From positions 193,534 through 257,533 of IMG/VR virus record IMGVR_UViG_3300023296_000874: a stretch of 64,000 nucleotides of DNA; one strand, given 5' to 3'. Position numbers and translations under genes: made by a program. Of this stretch, positions 36,126 through 45,790 are shown one piece after another; position 1 is the stretch's first letter, and each line of letters starts with the position of its first letter. The notes below the pieces were generated by a model. That model saw only the letters and a program-made list of their open reading frames with translations, did not search any database and was not told where the DNA came from.

Positions 36126-37937
36126 TCAAAAGAACTTGCGCTTGCGCACGTACATGTTCTTGCGTGCTTTCTTGAGCTGGTGCGAACGGTGTGTGGAGTA
36201 GCCCTTGCCGTTCCCACGTAGTCCGGGGTTCCGGTTGCTCATGCCGTGAACCACTCGAGCGAACTTCTTGTCGCCAATGCGTTCCTGAGCGAGCCAAATG
36301 GCGCGGGCCAGGGCGTCAGCCTGATCGTCGAACCTGCCAGGCAGGTTGGGAGCAGCCACCTCAATCTGGTACTTGCTGAGGCGCTTCTCCTGAAGGCTGA
36401 GCAGCTCTTTGATGTAGTCGCAGTGCTCGTCCCCCTCTTCAATGGGCCAATCGAACAGGCGGATCTTCTTGTCGAGCATCAGGAGCTTGAAGGCTTGGTA
36501 CTTCTTGGAGTTCTTGTCGCGGCTGGCGTACTCCATCTCAAACTGCTGGAGTCCGCGCTTGCGGAGTGCCTGCTCAAGAGGAAGGCCTTCTCGCTGGTCA
36601 AAGGAGCCGCGCCAGATGTAGAACTTCTTGCTCAGATCGAAGATCCACTGCGCAATACTCTCGAAGTCAAGCTGGTCCATGTCCTTGTAGGGGCCAACGC
36701 CAGCGTACCGAACGTCCATGTAGTCGAGTACGATCTGGTCGCCCTCAAGATGTACGATGGAGATCGCCGTACCGTTGTTGACAAGCCCGATGTCAACGCC
36801 CATGAAGTGAGGTACGCGAGTAGCGCCGCCACCACGGGGTCGGAGGTCAGGGTCGATGCACTGGAGCAGGTCGTCTTCCCTGCGGATCCAACCGTGGAGT
36901 CGGTCGGAGAACTCAGCTCCGAACTCAACGAGGAAGTTGGCGGGGTCTTCCTTGTACTTCTTGCGGAGGTACTTACCTGCAATCGTGGGGTTGATCTCCC
37001 ACGAAGGTGCCTGGATGCAGAGGCGTCCTTCAGAGCGGCCCTCCATTCCCTGCGTGAACAGCTTGTAGAACTTCCCGGCCTTGTTGAGCGGCGAGGAGAT
37101 GCAGATCACCTTTCCCTCAGGCTCGCCCGTTTTGGGGTCCTTGAAGGTAGCCGTCGAAGGCGTTGCGGCCTCGTAGCACTCTTCAGCGGAGCTCTGGCCC
37201 TCTGCCACGAAGTGAGCAAACTCGTCGAACACGCATACGATGTTGGCGGGTCCACGGAGGCCTCGTCCAATAGCCGGACGGAACAGGAGCTCGATGGATC
37301 CCTTGGCGTCCGGGCCGTAGCGGTCAATGTCGGCCTGGGTACGGAACACCATGCCTTCAGCGGTGTCACTGGCAATGAACGGCTCGAAATAGCGGCACTT
37401 CGTCAGGTAGCCGCGCGCCACGTTGTAGAGCATGGAAGCCTGGCGGGCGCTGGTTGCTACAGCACTGATGCTGATGCGGCCCACTTCGAGCATCTTGTAG
37501 TGGTCGTGCGGATTCACGCGGGCAAGGAGCTTGTAGATCTCGTAGGCGCAGATCATCGAGGTCATTGCTGACTTAGAGCCACGGCGTCCAACCGACAGGA
37601 GGAGGTCGGTGTAGATCTCGCCCTGCTCCTTGACGTTGCAGCGCCCCTCGTTGTGAAGGTAGCGGAGGAACTCCTTCTCGCTGAGCTCGTACTTCAGTTC
37701 CATCATGAACTGGTCGTGTACGGGAATGCCGTGGAAGAGCTTTCCGTCGAGCATCACCTCAGGCTTCTCAATGCTGAGAGGTACGCCGTAGAACAGCTTG
37801 AGTAGCCAACGCTGAGCGGGCCAGAGTCGAGTGTTGAGTCCCCAGGTTGACTCGCAGAACGTGACGATGTCAACGAAGTCCTCGTTGTCCTTGTCAGGCT
37901 TGCTGAACTCCTGGAGGATGGAGGTAACTGTGTTCAT
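36126..37937 (-). CDS. terL: Terminase large subunit
   Basis: Walker A GRRGSKS, Walker B VFDEFAH, ISSP coupling motif, RNase H-like GVDIG and DDQADA. Confidence 0.92.
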   Translation of the reverse strand: MNTVTSILQEFSKPDKDNEDFVDIVTFCESTWGLNTRLWPAQRWLLKLFYGVPLSIEKPEVMLDGKLFHGIPVHDQFMMELKYELSEKEFLRYLHNEGRCNVKEQGEIYTDLLLSVGRRGSKSAMTSMICAYEIYKLLARVNPHDHYKMLEVGRISISAVATSARQASMLYNVARGYLTKCRYFEPFIASDTAEGMVFRTQADIDRYGPDAKGSIELLFRPAIGRGLRGPANIVCVFDEFAHFVAEGQSSAEECYEAATPSTATFKDPKTGEPEGKVICISSPLNKAGKFYKLFTQGMEGRSEGRLCIQAPSWEINPTIAGKYLRKKYKEDPANFLVEFGAEFSDRLHGWIRREDDLLQCIDPDLRPRGGGATRVPHFMGVDIGLVNNGTAISIVHLEGDQIVLDYMDVRYAGVGPYKDMDQLDFESIAQWIFDLSKKFYIWRGSFDQREGLPLEQALRKRGLQQFEMEYASRDKNSKKYQAFKLLMLDKKIRLFDWPIEEGDEHCDYIKELLSLQEKRLSKYQIEVAAPNLPGRFDDQADALARAIWLAQERIGDKKFARVVHGMSNRNPGLRGNGKGYSTHRSHQLKKARKNMYVRKRKFF

Positions 37938-38659
37938 CAGAACCCCTGTGCGCGATCTTCTGCCTCACTCACGGCGTCCACGAAAACCTGAGTAGGTCCC
38001 GAGAGGTCGTCGAGCTCTGCGTGCTCGAGGTGAGAAGAAACGAGCTTGTCAACGGCACGCTCAAAGGCACGCTCGTCCACGGAGAGCTTCTCGCTGCTCT
38101 TCTTGCGGCCCTTGCCCTTCACCCAGCCGCCCTTGACGTCGCCAAAGAAGGCTGCGAGTGCTTCGGGGCTACCGCCTGCGATGCTCTTCAGTCCGTGCTG
38201 CTCCATGAGCTCGCGGAAGTAGGTCTGGTACTCCTCTTGTAGCGGGCTGAGTGCCAGCTTGTCAGCGCGAGCCATGCGAACGATGTCAAGCACTTCAGAG
38301 CTGAGGCGGTCACCGGAGTTTCCGGCCTCGTGGAGGCTGGCTACGATGGGCATCAGAGTGGAGAACAAGTCAAAGTTGAGCAGGTTCGATTCGAGCTTGA
38401 GGTCCATGTTCCACTTCCTCTTGAATGTCAGGGAGAGCACCTTGTCGTAGAAGCCGTCTTCAGCCGGGTGCTTAGGGGCTGGGGAGCGCAGTGCTTGCAG
38501 CACGTCTCGCCAGAGGCGGTCAGGGATTTCAACTCCCGCCGTGTCACCCAAGGTGGTCCGGATGGTTGCCTCGTTGCGGAGGAAATGCCGGAACACCACC
38601 TTGTTCCGGAAGTCGGCAAGGGTGTCATCTTCCTTGCTGATGTAGTAAGTCAGTGGCAT
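37937..38659 (-). CDS. Hypothetical protein
   Basis: TGATG coupling to terL. Confidence 0.65.
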   Translation of the reverse strand: MPLTYYISKEDDTLADFRNKVVFRHFLRNEATIRTTLGDTAGVEIPDRLWRDVLQALRSPAPKHPAEDGFYDKVLSLTFKRKWNMDLKLESNLLNFDLFSTLMPIVASLHEAGNSGDRLSSEVLDIVRMARADKLALSPLQEEYQTYFRELMEQHGLKSIAGGSPEALAAFFGDVKGGWVKGKGRKKSSEKLSVDERAFERAVDKLVSSHLEHAELDDLSGPTQVFVDAVSEAEDRAQGF

Positions 38660-38660
38660 G

Positions 38661-39296
38661 TCAGCTCCGGTGCAGTTCTTGGTCGATTGTGCGCTGAGCC
38701 TCTACCTGGAAGGTCTCCATGTTCGCTTGGAACACTTGGAAGAAGGCTTGGATGTCGTTCTTCTTGTACCCAGCGGTGTCAAGGCTCTCGCGGATCTTGC
38801 CGAACAGGAGCCGCATGATCACCTGCATCTGGGTCGAGTTGAAGTCCACCGGCTCTTCAGCGGTGAGCTCCTTGAGCTTCAGTGCGGTGTCAATCAGAGC
38901 CTTCAGTGCCGTCACGCGCCGCCCGGAGGCGTTCGTGATGTCGCGGCCAGCAGTCTCAAGACGCTCACGCTCAAACTTGAGAGCGTAGATCTCCTCAGCC
39001 AGCTCCTCAGCGGCGGTGCTGAGTACGTGAGGATCGCCCACGTTGCCCTGCATGGTGCGGAGCAGCTTGTCGTCCACCCGGCCACTCTCCTTCTCCATAC
39101 GGCGACGGGTCTCGTCATCAATGGGGATGGCCTCAGTGTCAACCGCGCGTACACGGCTTGGGCTCTTGGTAGCTGCGGCGCGAACCACTACAAGCTCACT
39201 TCCGCGATCCTCGATCTCGTCTTCGGCATCCATGTCCAAAGTCTCGATGATGGAGTCAAGCTCCTCGTCGGAAAGGTCGTTCTTGTTGGTCGGCAT
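38661..39296 (-). CDS. Helical protein, candidate terminase small subunit
   Basis: Position upstream of terL and helical composition only. Confidence 0.35.
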   Translation of the reverse strand: MPTNKNDLSDEELDSIIETLDMDAEDEIEDRGSELVVVRAAATKSPSRVRAVDTEAIPIDDETRRRMEKESGRVDDKLLRTMQGNVGDPHVLSTAAEELAEEIYALKFERERLETAGRDITNASGRRVTALKALIDTALKLKELTAEEPVDFNSTQMQVIMRLLFGKIRESLDTAGYKKNDIQAFFQVFQANMETFQVEAQRTIDQELHRS

Positions 39297-39305
39297 GGCA
39301 GTCTC

Positions 39306-39641
39306 CTACTGAGTGGGTTCTACGCCGCCCGTTGATTGCTCAGCGGAGGGTCCGGGGGGAGGTGTACCTGTCTGGTACTCGCTCGGGATGTTGTATCGGG
39401 CAAGGTTGGAGATGTCATCGTAGAGGGGATGGTCTTCAATCTCACTGAGGCGCTTGTCCTCGTGATCCTCCCCCTCAATACCGTCCCGAGAGTCCTCAAG
39501 CATCTTCTGTACTTGCTTGCCTTCCGATTGGAACAGCTCACGCTCATGCTGGGGAATGTCAGAATCGTCGACGAGTCCGTCGCCGTACTCGGGCGCGGCC
39601 TGAATCAAACGGGCGAGGCGGTGTAGGCGGTCAGAGATCAA
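39306..39641 (-). CDS. Small acidic protein with a leader (ISDRLHRLARLIQAA)
   Basis: TTGA overlap with the upstream stop. Confidence 0.6.
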   Translation of the reverse strand: MISDRLHRLARLIQAAPEYGDGLVDDSDIPQHERELFQSEGKQVQKMLEDSRDGIEGEDHEDKRLSEIEDHPLYDDISNLARYNIPSEYQTGTPPPGPSAEQSTGGVEPTQ

Positions 39642-42277
39642 AAGAGCTCTCCCATGGGATCGTCGAACCCAACGTCAAGGTCAACGGCTTCCGCTTCAGC
39701 GTTGTAGTCCACGTCGAGGTAGCCTCCGAGGCCGTACTCCAACGAGGGGTCAATACCTACGGGAGTAGGGTTGCTGAGCTCCTGTGTCACGGTAGGCATC
39801 TCAGGTACCTCTGCCACAACCTGTCGGTCGTACACCTGGCACCTGTTGTTCGCGCTCTTGAACACACATCCGCTGCACTTACCCATCGCCTTCACGTAGG
39901 GAGCGGGGCTGTCTGCAACCTGCTTGGCACCCTGGTCACATGCGTTGTAGGGGCGGGGGTCGATGTAGTGCGCGCCAATGCCTCGGCCATCATCAACCAG
40001 CGCCTGCCGGAGGAAGTTGGCCTCGCTGTTGTAGAGCTCGGGGCTGAAGCTGTTCCGAATCCAGCTCTGAAGTCCGGAGCCCGTAACGCCACGGTTCATC
40101 GCCATCACAACACGCTTCCTGAAGGAAGTACGCTGGGTGGAGCTGATGCGGGCGGGGCGACTCTTCCGAACCACGCTGGCATCCACGGTGGGTACATCAA
40201 CGTCGCCGGGTGCGCGTACATTCACCTTCAGGTCAGCCATGGAGGCCACGAACTTGCGGTCGGCTTCAGCCTTCTTGTACCGAGCGTAGCGCTCCTGCTC
40301 CTGAGCGAGGTCACGGAGTACCTGCTGGCGAGTGCTTGTGCGCTCCTCAACCTGCTGCTTCGCTTCCGCAGCCTTCTCGGTGGAGATCGTGTCGGCCTCT
40401 ACCTCACGGTCGATCAGAGCCATCAACGCGGAAGCGATGCGGGCTTCCTCTCTCTGCGCGGCGGTGCGGAACTGGTCCTGTACCTGCTTCTTGGTCACCT
40501 GCGGGGTGGATACACGGGCAACACGCTCAGGTCCTGCAATAGCAGCCGGGCGCGGGCTCATGTAGGCAGCCTGAACGATGTCCCAGGAGTTGGTCGATCC
40601 AACCAAAGTACGCAGTTCGAGTGCGCGTTCCGAGCTGATTCGCTCATTCATCTCGAGCTTGTCAACCGCCTCACTCGCCTCAATCTCAAACTGGCCGATG
40701 CTGCCGTAGTTGATGAGGGTCAGTGCCGGGAAGTCGCGTGCGGGGTCGGGAGCAGAGCTCGGCCCGCCACATGCGCCGCCACAGCCTTCCTTGAGGAGGA
40801 ACTGAGGGTGGAGCCGGTTGTCGGTGAGGAAGTTCTTGGCCTCGCTGGCGCTACGGAACCCACGCACATCGAGCACCACGTTTCCGAGCAGTCCGGCCAT
40901 CCGAACAATCGGTCGGATGTGGCTACCCGCTGCAACCACAGCAGGGGCACCGAAGCGCTCTACCAAGTGGTTCTGGAGTGCGCTGCCGTGAACACCCTTG
41001 TACGCCGCCTGGTAGGCAGAGCGCACGACGCTGGCGTGCTTCTGAGGGATGGCATGTGAGATGGTCGCAGCCTTGGCATCTACTACCTGCTGCTGGGTCT
41101 GCATCTGCTGAGCGTCATACTTCGGCTGGTAGTCAGCTACCTCAACCGGAGCAAGTACGCCGTGAGCCTCTGCGAGGAGGTCCCGAACATCCACAGAGCC
41201 AATGCGGCTCAGGATACCTTCGGCTGTTTTGGCGTCGAGCGTCCCTGCGTCACGGAGCTGAGCCACCTCAGCGGCGAGCACCTCTTCGGTGTAGGGAATG
41301 TCCTTCACCACCTGCTTCCCAATGAGGGAGCAGCCGCCTTCGCGGTTGAAGTGGCAGCCACTGCACTTGTCCATCTCAAGGATGAACTCAGCGGCGTTGT
41401 GGTGACGGCGGAAGAAGTCGTTGGCGTCGTGGCATGTGCGGAACTGGTCCGGGCGCACGTAGACGCTACCCAGGAGGTTCTGCTCAGAAGCGAGGGTAGT
41501 GATGGCATCGCTGTCCGCGCGGGCAAACCGACGCTCAAGGGAGGCACTCAGACGTCCCTTCGCAGCCATCATCTTCTGGCTGAGGTCCCTGTAGAGGGAA
41601 CGCTCAACGGCGCTCTGGAAGTCAGCGCTCGGCGGCTCGTACTTGCCGGAGGCACGTCGGTCACGCGCTACCTGGGCATTCGCATCTTCCGTCACGTGCG
41701 TGCGGAGGTCACTCGAGTTGTAGTCGCGGTGCGTGCGGATGGGCTGAGCGAGGAAGGCATTGAGTTGGTCGTTCTCTTCCGGCACGGCAGGCAGGTCAAG
41801 GCGAGCGTGATACTCGTCAATCGCACTACCGTCCTGCACCTCGAAAGTCACGTCGCGCTGCATCTGTCCGAGCATGGCGTGCTCGTTGGCAACGCTCTGT
41901 AGCGTCGGTACCAGCATAGCAATGTGGTCTGGGTGAACGTTCTCACGTACCCACGCGGCAAGCTTCGGTGCGTCCCAACCGGCGTGAAGGCGGTCCTTCA
42001 CAGCGCTCGATACGAGGTTGCGTAGCTCAGCATCCTCCATGTGCTCTGTCGATGCCCACTTGTGCTCGCGCACGGTGTCGGGATCAAGAGCAGGAACACG
42101 GTGGACCGTGCCCATGTCGTGATGCGTCCAGGCATCTACGAGGTCAGGGACAGCGTCAAGGTTCTGCCGGGGCAGTCTCTCAACATGGCGGTAAGCCTCT
42201 TCATCTACGTCAAGCCAGTCCAGGTTCGGGACGGGGTTTTCGAAGATGTGGGAGAGATCTCCGGGCTGCTTGGGCAT
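39638..42277 (-). CDS. Large (879 aa) repeat-domain protein with Cys clusters, probably virion internal
   Basis: GAGGAG RBS before ATG 42277; duplicated KCSGC.F....C...QVV motifs. Confidence 0.75.
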   Translation of the reverse strand: MPKQPGDLSHIFENPVPNLDWLDVDEEAYRHVERLPRQNLDAVPDLVDAWTHHDMGTVHRVPALDPDTVREHKWASTEHMEDAELRNLVSSAVKDRLHAGWDAPKLAAWVRENVHPDHIAMLVPTLQSVANEHAMLGQMQRDVTFEVQDGSAIDEYHARLDLPAVPEENDQLNAFLAQPIRTHRDYNSSDLRTHVTEDANAQVARDRRASGKYEPPSADFQSAVERSLYRDLSQKMMAAKGRLSASLERRFARADSDAITTLASEQNLLGSVYVRPDQFRTCHDANDFFRRHHNAAEFILEMDKCSGCHFNREGGCSLIGKQVVKDIPYTEEVLAAEVAQLRDAGTLDAKTAEGILSRIGSVDVRDLLAEAHGVLAPVEVADYQPKYDAQQMQTQQQVVDAKAATISHAIPQKHASVVRSAYQAAYKGVHGSALQNHLVERFGAPAVVAAGSHIRPIVRMAGLLGNVVLDVRGFRSASEAKNFLTDNRLHPQFLLKEGCGGACGGPSSAPDPARDFPALTLINYGSIGQFEIEASEAVDKLEMNERISSERALELRTLVGSTNSWDIVQAAYMSPRPAAIAGPERVARVSTPQVTKKQVQDQFRTAAQREEARIASALMALIDREVEADTISTEKAAEAKQQVEERTSTRQQVLRDLAQEQERYARYKKAEADRKFVASMADLKVNVRAPGDVDVPTVDASVVRKSRPARISSTQRTSFRKRVVMAMNRGVTGSGLQSWIRNSFSPELYNSEANFLRQALVDDGRGIGAHYIDPRPYNACDQGAKQVADSPAPYVKAMGKCSGCVFKSANNRCQVYDRQVVAEVPEMPTVTQELSNPTPVGIDPSLEYGLGGYLDVDYNAEAEAVDLDVGFDDPMGELF

Positions 42278-42278
42278 T

Positions 42279-42470
42279 TCAGTCTCCTCGGATGGCGGAA
42301 GCCAGCACACGGATGCGGTTTGAAGTTGACTTGTAGATGAAGTCTGCGCTGGGGGTTGTAGGCCACACGACGCGGGCTTGGGATTTGTCTTCGAACACCT
42401 TCGTGTTGAGCGGATTTCCGTGCCCAACCTCGGAGGTTTCCTCTACACGTCTCTTGTCTTTGCGCTTCAT
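42279..42470 (-). CDS. Small hypothetical protein
   Basis: TGATG coupling; fills the gap. Confidence 0.5.
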   Translation of the reverse strand: MKRKDKRRVEETSEVGHGNPLNTKVFEDKSQARVVWPTTPSADFIYKSTSNRIRVLASAIRGD

Positions 42471-43015
42471 CAGAGCTCACCATCACGTGCTTCGAGGTAC
42501 TCGTTGTACCCTTCGATGAGCCTTCGTGCTGTCCCATCCACAAGGGATTCGGTACCGGTCAGAAGGTGGTCCATCAGCTTGGTCAAACCGCGTGGCGATA
42601 GCGCCCCTGTACCAAGGATACTGAGTTCAAGTGCGGATGCGTGAACTGCGTCTTCTACTACCTCAAGCGCCAGTGCTGGTGCATGTACGGCGAAGAAGTC
42701 TCTACTCTGATTCTTTCGGATGGTCTGTGTGAGCGCTCTATTGAGGTGCGCGTTCAATCTTGAAGTTGCAAGTACGAGCACGCTGCTTCTGAGCTCTGCG
42801 TCGAACAGAGTATCGAACTGGTCATCAGCACCCGTGAGGTTGCGCTTCAGGATTGCTCCCTCGTCGTCCTCGATGTCACCCCGACCCTCGTCCTCGTTCC
42901 AGGAGCCGTAGGGGCCTGGGCCGTAGCCACGCTCACGAACGGCGGGTCCGGACTGCGGCTGTGTGCCGAAGCTCCGTTCCGAAACCATTCCGCCCCATGC
43001 CTTACGATCCTTCAT
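42470..43015 (-). CDS. Hypothetical protein
   Basis: GAGGAG RBS before ATG 43015. Confidence 0.65.
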   Translation of the reverse strand: MKDRKAWGGMVSERSFGTQPQSGPAVRERGYGPGPYGSWNEDEGRGDIEDDEGAILKRNLTGADDQFDTLFDAELRSSVLVLATSRLNAHLNRALTQTIRKNQSRDFFAVHAPALALEVVEDAVHASALELSILGTGALSPRGLTKLMDHLLTGTESLVDGTARRLIEGYNEYLEARDGEL

Positions 43016-43550
43016 TGACGATCTCCTCAATGAACTCGTCTTCGGCGTAGCCCTCGGGGTCTTCCTTGATCTCCTCTACGTCCTCGATGATCTCCTCAAC
43101 CTGCTCCTTCTGCTTCTTGGGTAGGTTGTCCTTGATCTCACGCCAGTGCGGGGCGTTCACCTCGTCGAACAGGGTGTCCTGCACTCCGCTCAAGGTGTTC
43201 AATGCGTTGGTCAGCTCCGCACGCATGTCGGTGACGCTCTTGTTGTAGCCCATGCCCCCGAGCTTGCCGTCAGGGGAGAGGTTGAAGCTCTTGATCCGGC
43301 TGAAGGTGTCAACCACGGAGCTTGTGTGGCCGAGTGCAACTGATACCTGCCAGAGCAGCTTGGTCAAGGTGACATAGTCTTCCTTGCGGAAGTTGTGGTT
43401 CTCAAGGAAGTCTCGGCCTGCGCTGAGGTTGTCCTTGATGTGGCGAATTTCACCTGCGGTTCGCATCAGCGAAGCACTGCGCTCCAGCGGAGTCTCAATG
43501 AACTCTGCTGCCAACTTCTCTGCCGCCGCGATGTCGTCGAAATCAGACAC
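43002..43550 (-). CDS. Hypothetical head-region protein
   Basis: GAGGT RBS + GTG; leader EKLAAEF...RSAS.MRTAG; SPDGKLGG.GY motif. Confidence 0.7.
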   Translation of the reverse strand: MSDFDDIAAAEKLAAEFIETPLERSASLMRTAGEIRHIKDNLSAGRDFLENHNFRKEDYVTLTKLLWQVSVALGHTSSVVDTFSRIKSFNLSPDGKLGGMGYNKSVTDMRAELTNALNTLSGVQDTLFDEVNAPHWREIKDNLPKKQKEQVEEIIEDVEEIKEDPEGYAEDEFIEEIVNEGS

Positions 43551-43557
43551 ATCCACC

Positions 43558-44382
43558 TCAGTAGTTGAGTACGTCGCCCTCGTAGAGGCGCTCAATGACG
43601 TCCTGGCCGTCTGCATCCTTGGTGAGCTTCCAGAGGTCCCGGTCGCACTTGTGGATCAGCATGTCGTTCCCTACGCGAAGGAACTGAGTCAGATCGCCGA
43701 AGGCCACCTTGCGCATCGAGCCGGTCCGTACCTTGCTGCTCGCCTGCTTCTTGATCTCAACCGCGCGCCGCCCAATGTTGCTCTCCTTGAACTCAAGCTT
43801 CTGCTGGAGCAGGTACGTGTGGGAGTCGTGGCTGTTGGCAAGAGCCTGGATGAAGTCGTCCAGTCCGAGAGGCATCACGCCGGAGGTCTTCAGGCTGTCG
43901 TACACCGTCTGAGCGGCCTTCTGGAAGTCCTCTTCGGCCTGTAGGGCGCGGCGGAAGGGGCATTCGATCTGCTCCCAACGGGAAACCCAATCCATAGCCA
44001 CTCGGAGCAGAAGCACCGGCTCGAGTACTTGTGCGCCAAGGTAGCCAGCAGTCTTCTCGGCAAGGCCATCAATCTCAAGCGTTGTGTTCTCGTAGAGGCG
44101 CTGGAACATCAGATGGTCGCCGTAGAAGCCATCCGATCCAACCTGCCAGTGTGCGTGGCGGTAGATCCAGTCCTGGGCACGTAGTAGGCCCAAAAGTCCA
44201 ATCATGCTGGAGCCGAGTACACGGAGCTGATCCTCCGAGCCGCTGATGTAGGCAGTCTTCCCCTCGGTCTTGCCGCCAAGGAAGGTGTCGAATGCGGGAT
44301 TGGAGAATGCGTCGTGGATACCCGTGGCGTCCGTCTTCATCTCAGCAATCGCCGCCTGTAGGTCGCGATAGATGTCGTTCAT
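43558..44382 (-). CDS. dps: Dps/ferritin-like domain fused between extra N- and C-terminal segments
   Basis: HAHWQVGSDGFYGDHLMFQRLYE...IDGLAEK ferroxidase signature. Confidence 0.85.
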   Translation of the reverse strand: MNDIYRDLQAAIAEMKTDATGIHDAFSNPAFDTFLGGKTEGKTAYISGSEDQLRVLGSSMIGLLGLLRAQDWIYRHAHWQVGSDGFYGDHLMFQRLYENTTLEIDGLAEKTAGYLGAQVLEPVLLLRVAMDWVSRWEQIECPFRRALQAEEDFQKAAQTVYDSLKTSGVMPLGLDDFIQALANSHDSHTYLLQQKLEFKESNIGRRAVEIKKQASSKVRTGSMRKVAFGDLTQFLRVGNDMLIHKCDRDLWKLTKDADGQDVIERLYEGDVLNY

Positions 44383-44422
44383 GAATGGCTCCACGAGAGG
44401 TGATACGTCAGAGGTGCAGGTC

Positions 44423-44438
44423 TACAAATGGAATATGA
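44423..44438 (-). promoter_or_regulatory. Putative late promoter motif heading the long minus-strand structural run
   Basis: TCATATTCCATTTGTA, 41 nt upstream of ATG 44382. Confidence 0.75.
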
Positions 44439-44489
44439 CGGCTTGACTTCTCTGAGTATCTGGTTGTTTGAGGCGTTAGGGAGAGCAGA

Positions 44490-45113
44490 ATGTACGACCT
44501 TGTATTCGCCATGCTGTTCGAGGAGGAGCCCACGCTCGAGTGGAAGAGCGGACCGGATTTCGTGAATGGATGGTGGTTCCAAGGCTGGCCTCCTACAGAG
44601 AGCCCGGCCATACGACGTCACGGCTGGCACTTCGCAGACCCCGTACAGGGACATGCTGCTTGTGGCAGTAGCGGAGGGGTGAGGCACAGCGCACCCTTCC
44701 CCGGCGTAGAGCACAGCTCAGGGCTCTTCGGCTTTGGGGTACGCGAGCGACACCTCGCGTTATGCGACATGTGTGAGGCATCTGCTAAAGGATGGATGTC
44801 AGAAATCCCCATCATGGACATGCCGGACCAAGCGAAGCTCCTGAAGCCTTCAAGGGCTTACTGGATGGTGCAATCAAACCTGTGTCGTGCCGCCTACATC
44901 CTCAACCGGATAGAGGTAACTGACATCTGGTACCCTTCGGTGCGTGATCATCTGCGAGCCGTCCTCGAGCCGATTTCGGAAGACCTTTTCAGAGACGCCT
45001 CCTCCGATAGAAAGGCGTCTAACGGGTATCACGGATACGACAGCGAGATGAAAATAGACCGCGACCATCAGCGCCTGTGGAACCTCATCACCCAGCGCCT
45101 GGAGAACTCATGA
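44490..45113 (+). CDS. Hypothetical protein
   Basis: AGGGAG RBS; ATGA coupling to nadD. Confidence 0.6.
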   Translation: MYDLVFAMLFEEEPTLEWKSGPDFVNGWWFQGWPPTESPAIRRHGWHFADPVQGHAACGSSGGVRHSAPFPGVEHSSGLFGFGVRERHLALCDMCEASAKGWMSEIPIMDMPDQAKLLKPSRAYWMVQSNLCRAAYILNRIEVTDIWYPSVRDHLRAVLEPISEDLFRDASSDRKASNGYHGYDSEMKIDRDHQRLWNLITQRLENS

Positions 45114-45745
45114 GTACCGCCCTTGACGCCCGCACCGATCCAGCTACCAAGAAGCGCGTAGCTCTGATTGGGGGCTCCTTCCACCCGCCCACTCTGGACC
45201 ACGGCAACGTCGGACAGGAGCTGCTGCGGTTGGGCCTCGTGGATGAGGTGTGGTACGTCCCTTCAGCCAACCACCCCTTCGCCGCTACTCAGGACAAGAA
45301 GAAGAACATGCTGCCGATTGAGGATCGCGGTGAGATGTTGTGGAGTATGATCTCCAAGTTCCCTGAGAAGGACCAGATGAGCGTCACGTTCATCGAGCAG
45401 ACGGCAGACCTCAGCGGCTACACCTGGGAAACCGTCGCGGCCTTGAAGGCGCAGTACGGACATGACTTCTACTGGGTGATGGGTACCGACTGCGTAGATG
45501 ACTTGTCCAAGTGGAGCAAGGTGCCCTGGTTGCTTGAGAACGTGACCTTCATCGTGTACCCGCGTGGTGGCTACCCTGATGGCATCGGCGGGTACTGGAC
45601 CCCGCTCAGGGCCGAGCATGTGGTGATTGCACGCGAAGACGTGAAGGAGACCTCCGGCAGCAGCTCGGAGGCTCGCGAGAACCCTGATGGTGGACTGCTT
45701 GACGTTGACGTCGCTACCTTCTGGAAGGGGAAGCACTCCGTTTAG
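45110..45745 (+). CDS. nadD: Nicotinate/nicotinamide mononucleotide adenylyltransferase-like
   Basis: GGSFHPPTLDH, YTWET, WVMGTD..L.KW, SSSEAR. Confidence 0.85.
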   Translation: MSTALDARTDPATKKRVALIGGSFHPPTLDHGNVGQELLRLGLVDEVWYVPSANHPFAATQDKKKNMLPIEDRGEMLWSMISKFPEKDQMSVTFIEQTADLSGYTWETVAALKAQYGHDFYWVMGTDCVDDLSKWSKVPWLLENVTFIVYPRGGYPDGIGGYWTPLRAEHVVIAREDVKETSGSSSEARENPDGGLLDVDVATFWKGKHSV

Positions 45746-45790
45746 CCCTCGCTGCCAAATTCCGGTGTCCATCGAGGCATCGGAGGCAGC

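Noticed and set aside
24034-44382. Encapsulin nanocompartment with ferritin/Dps cargo (small HK97 shell plus Dps)
   Set aside because: The shell gene sits with terminase, portal, protease and scaffold genes, so it is a phage capsid; Dps is about 19 kb away
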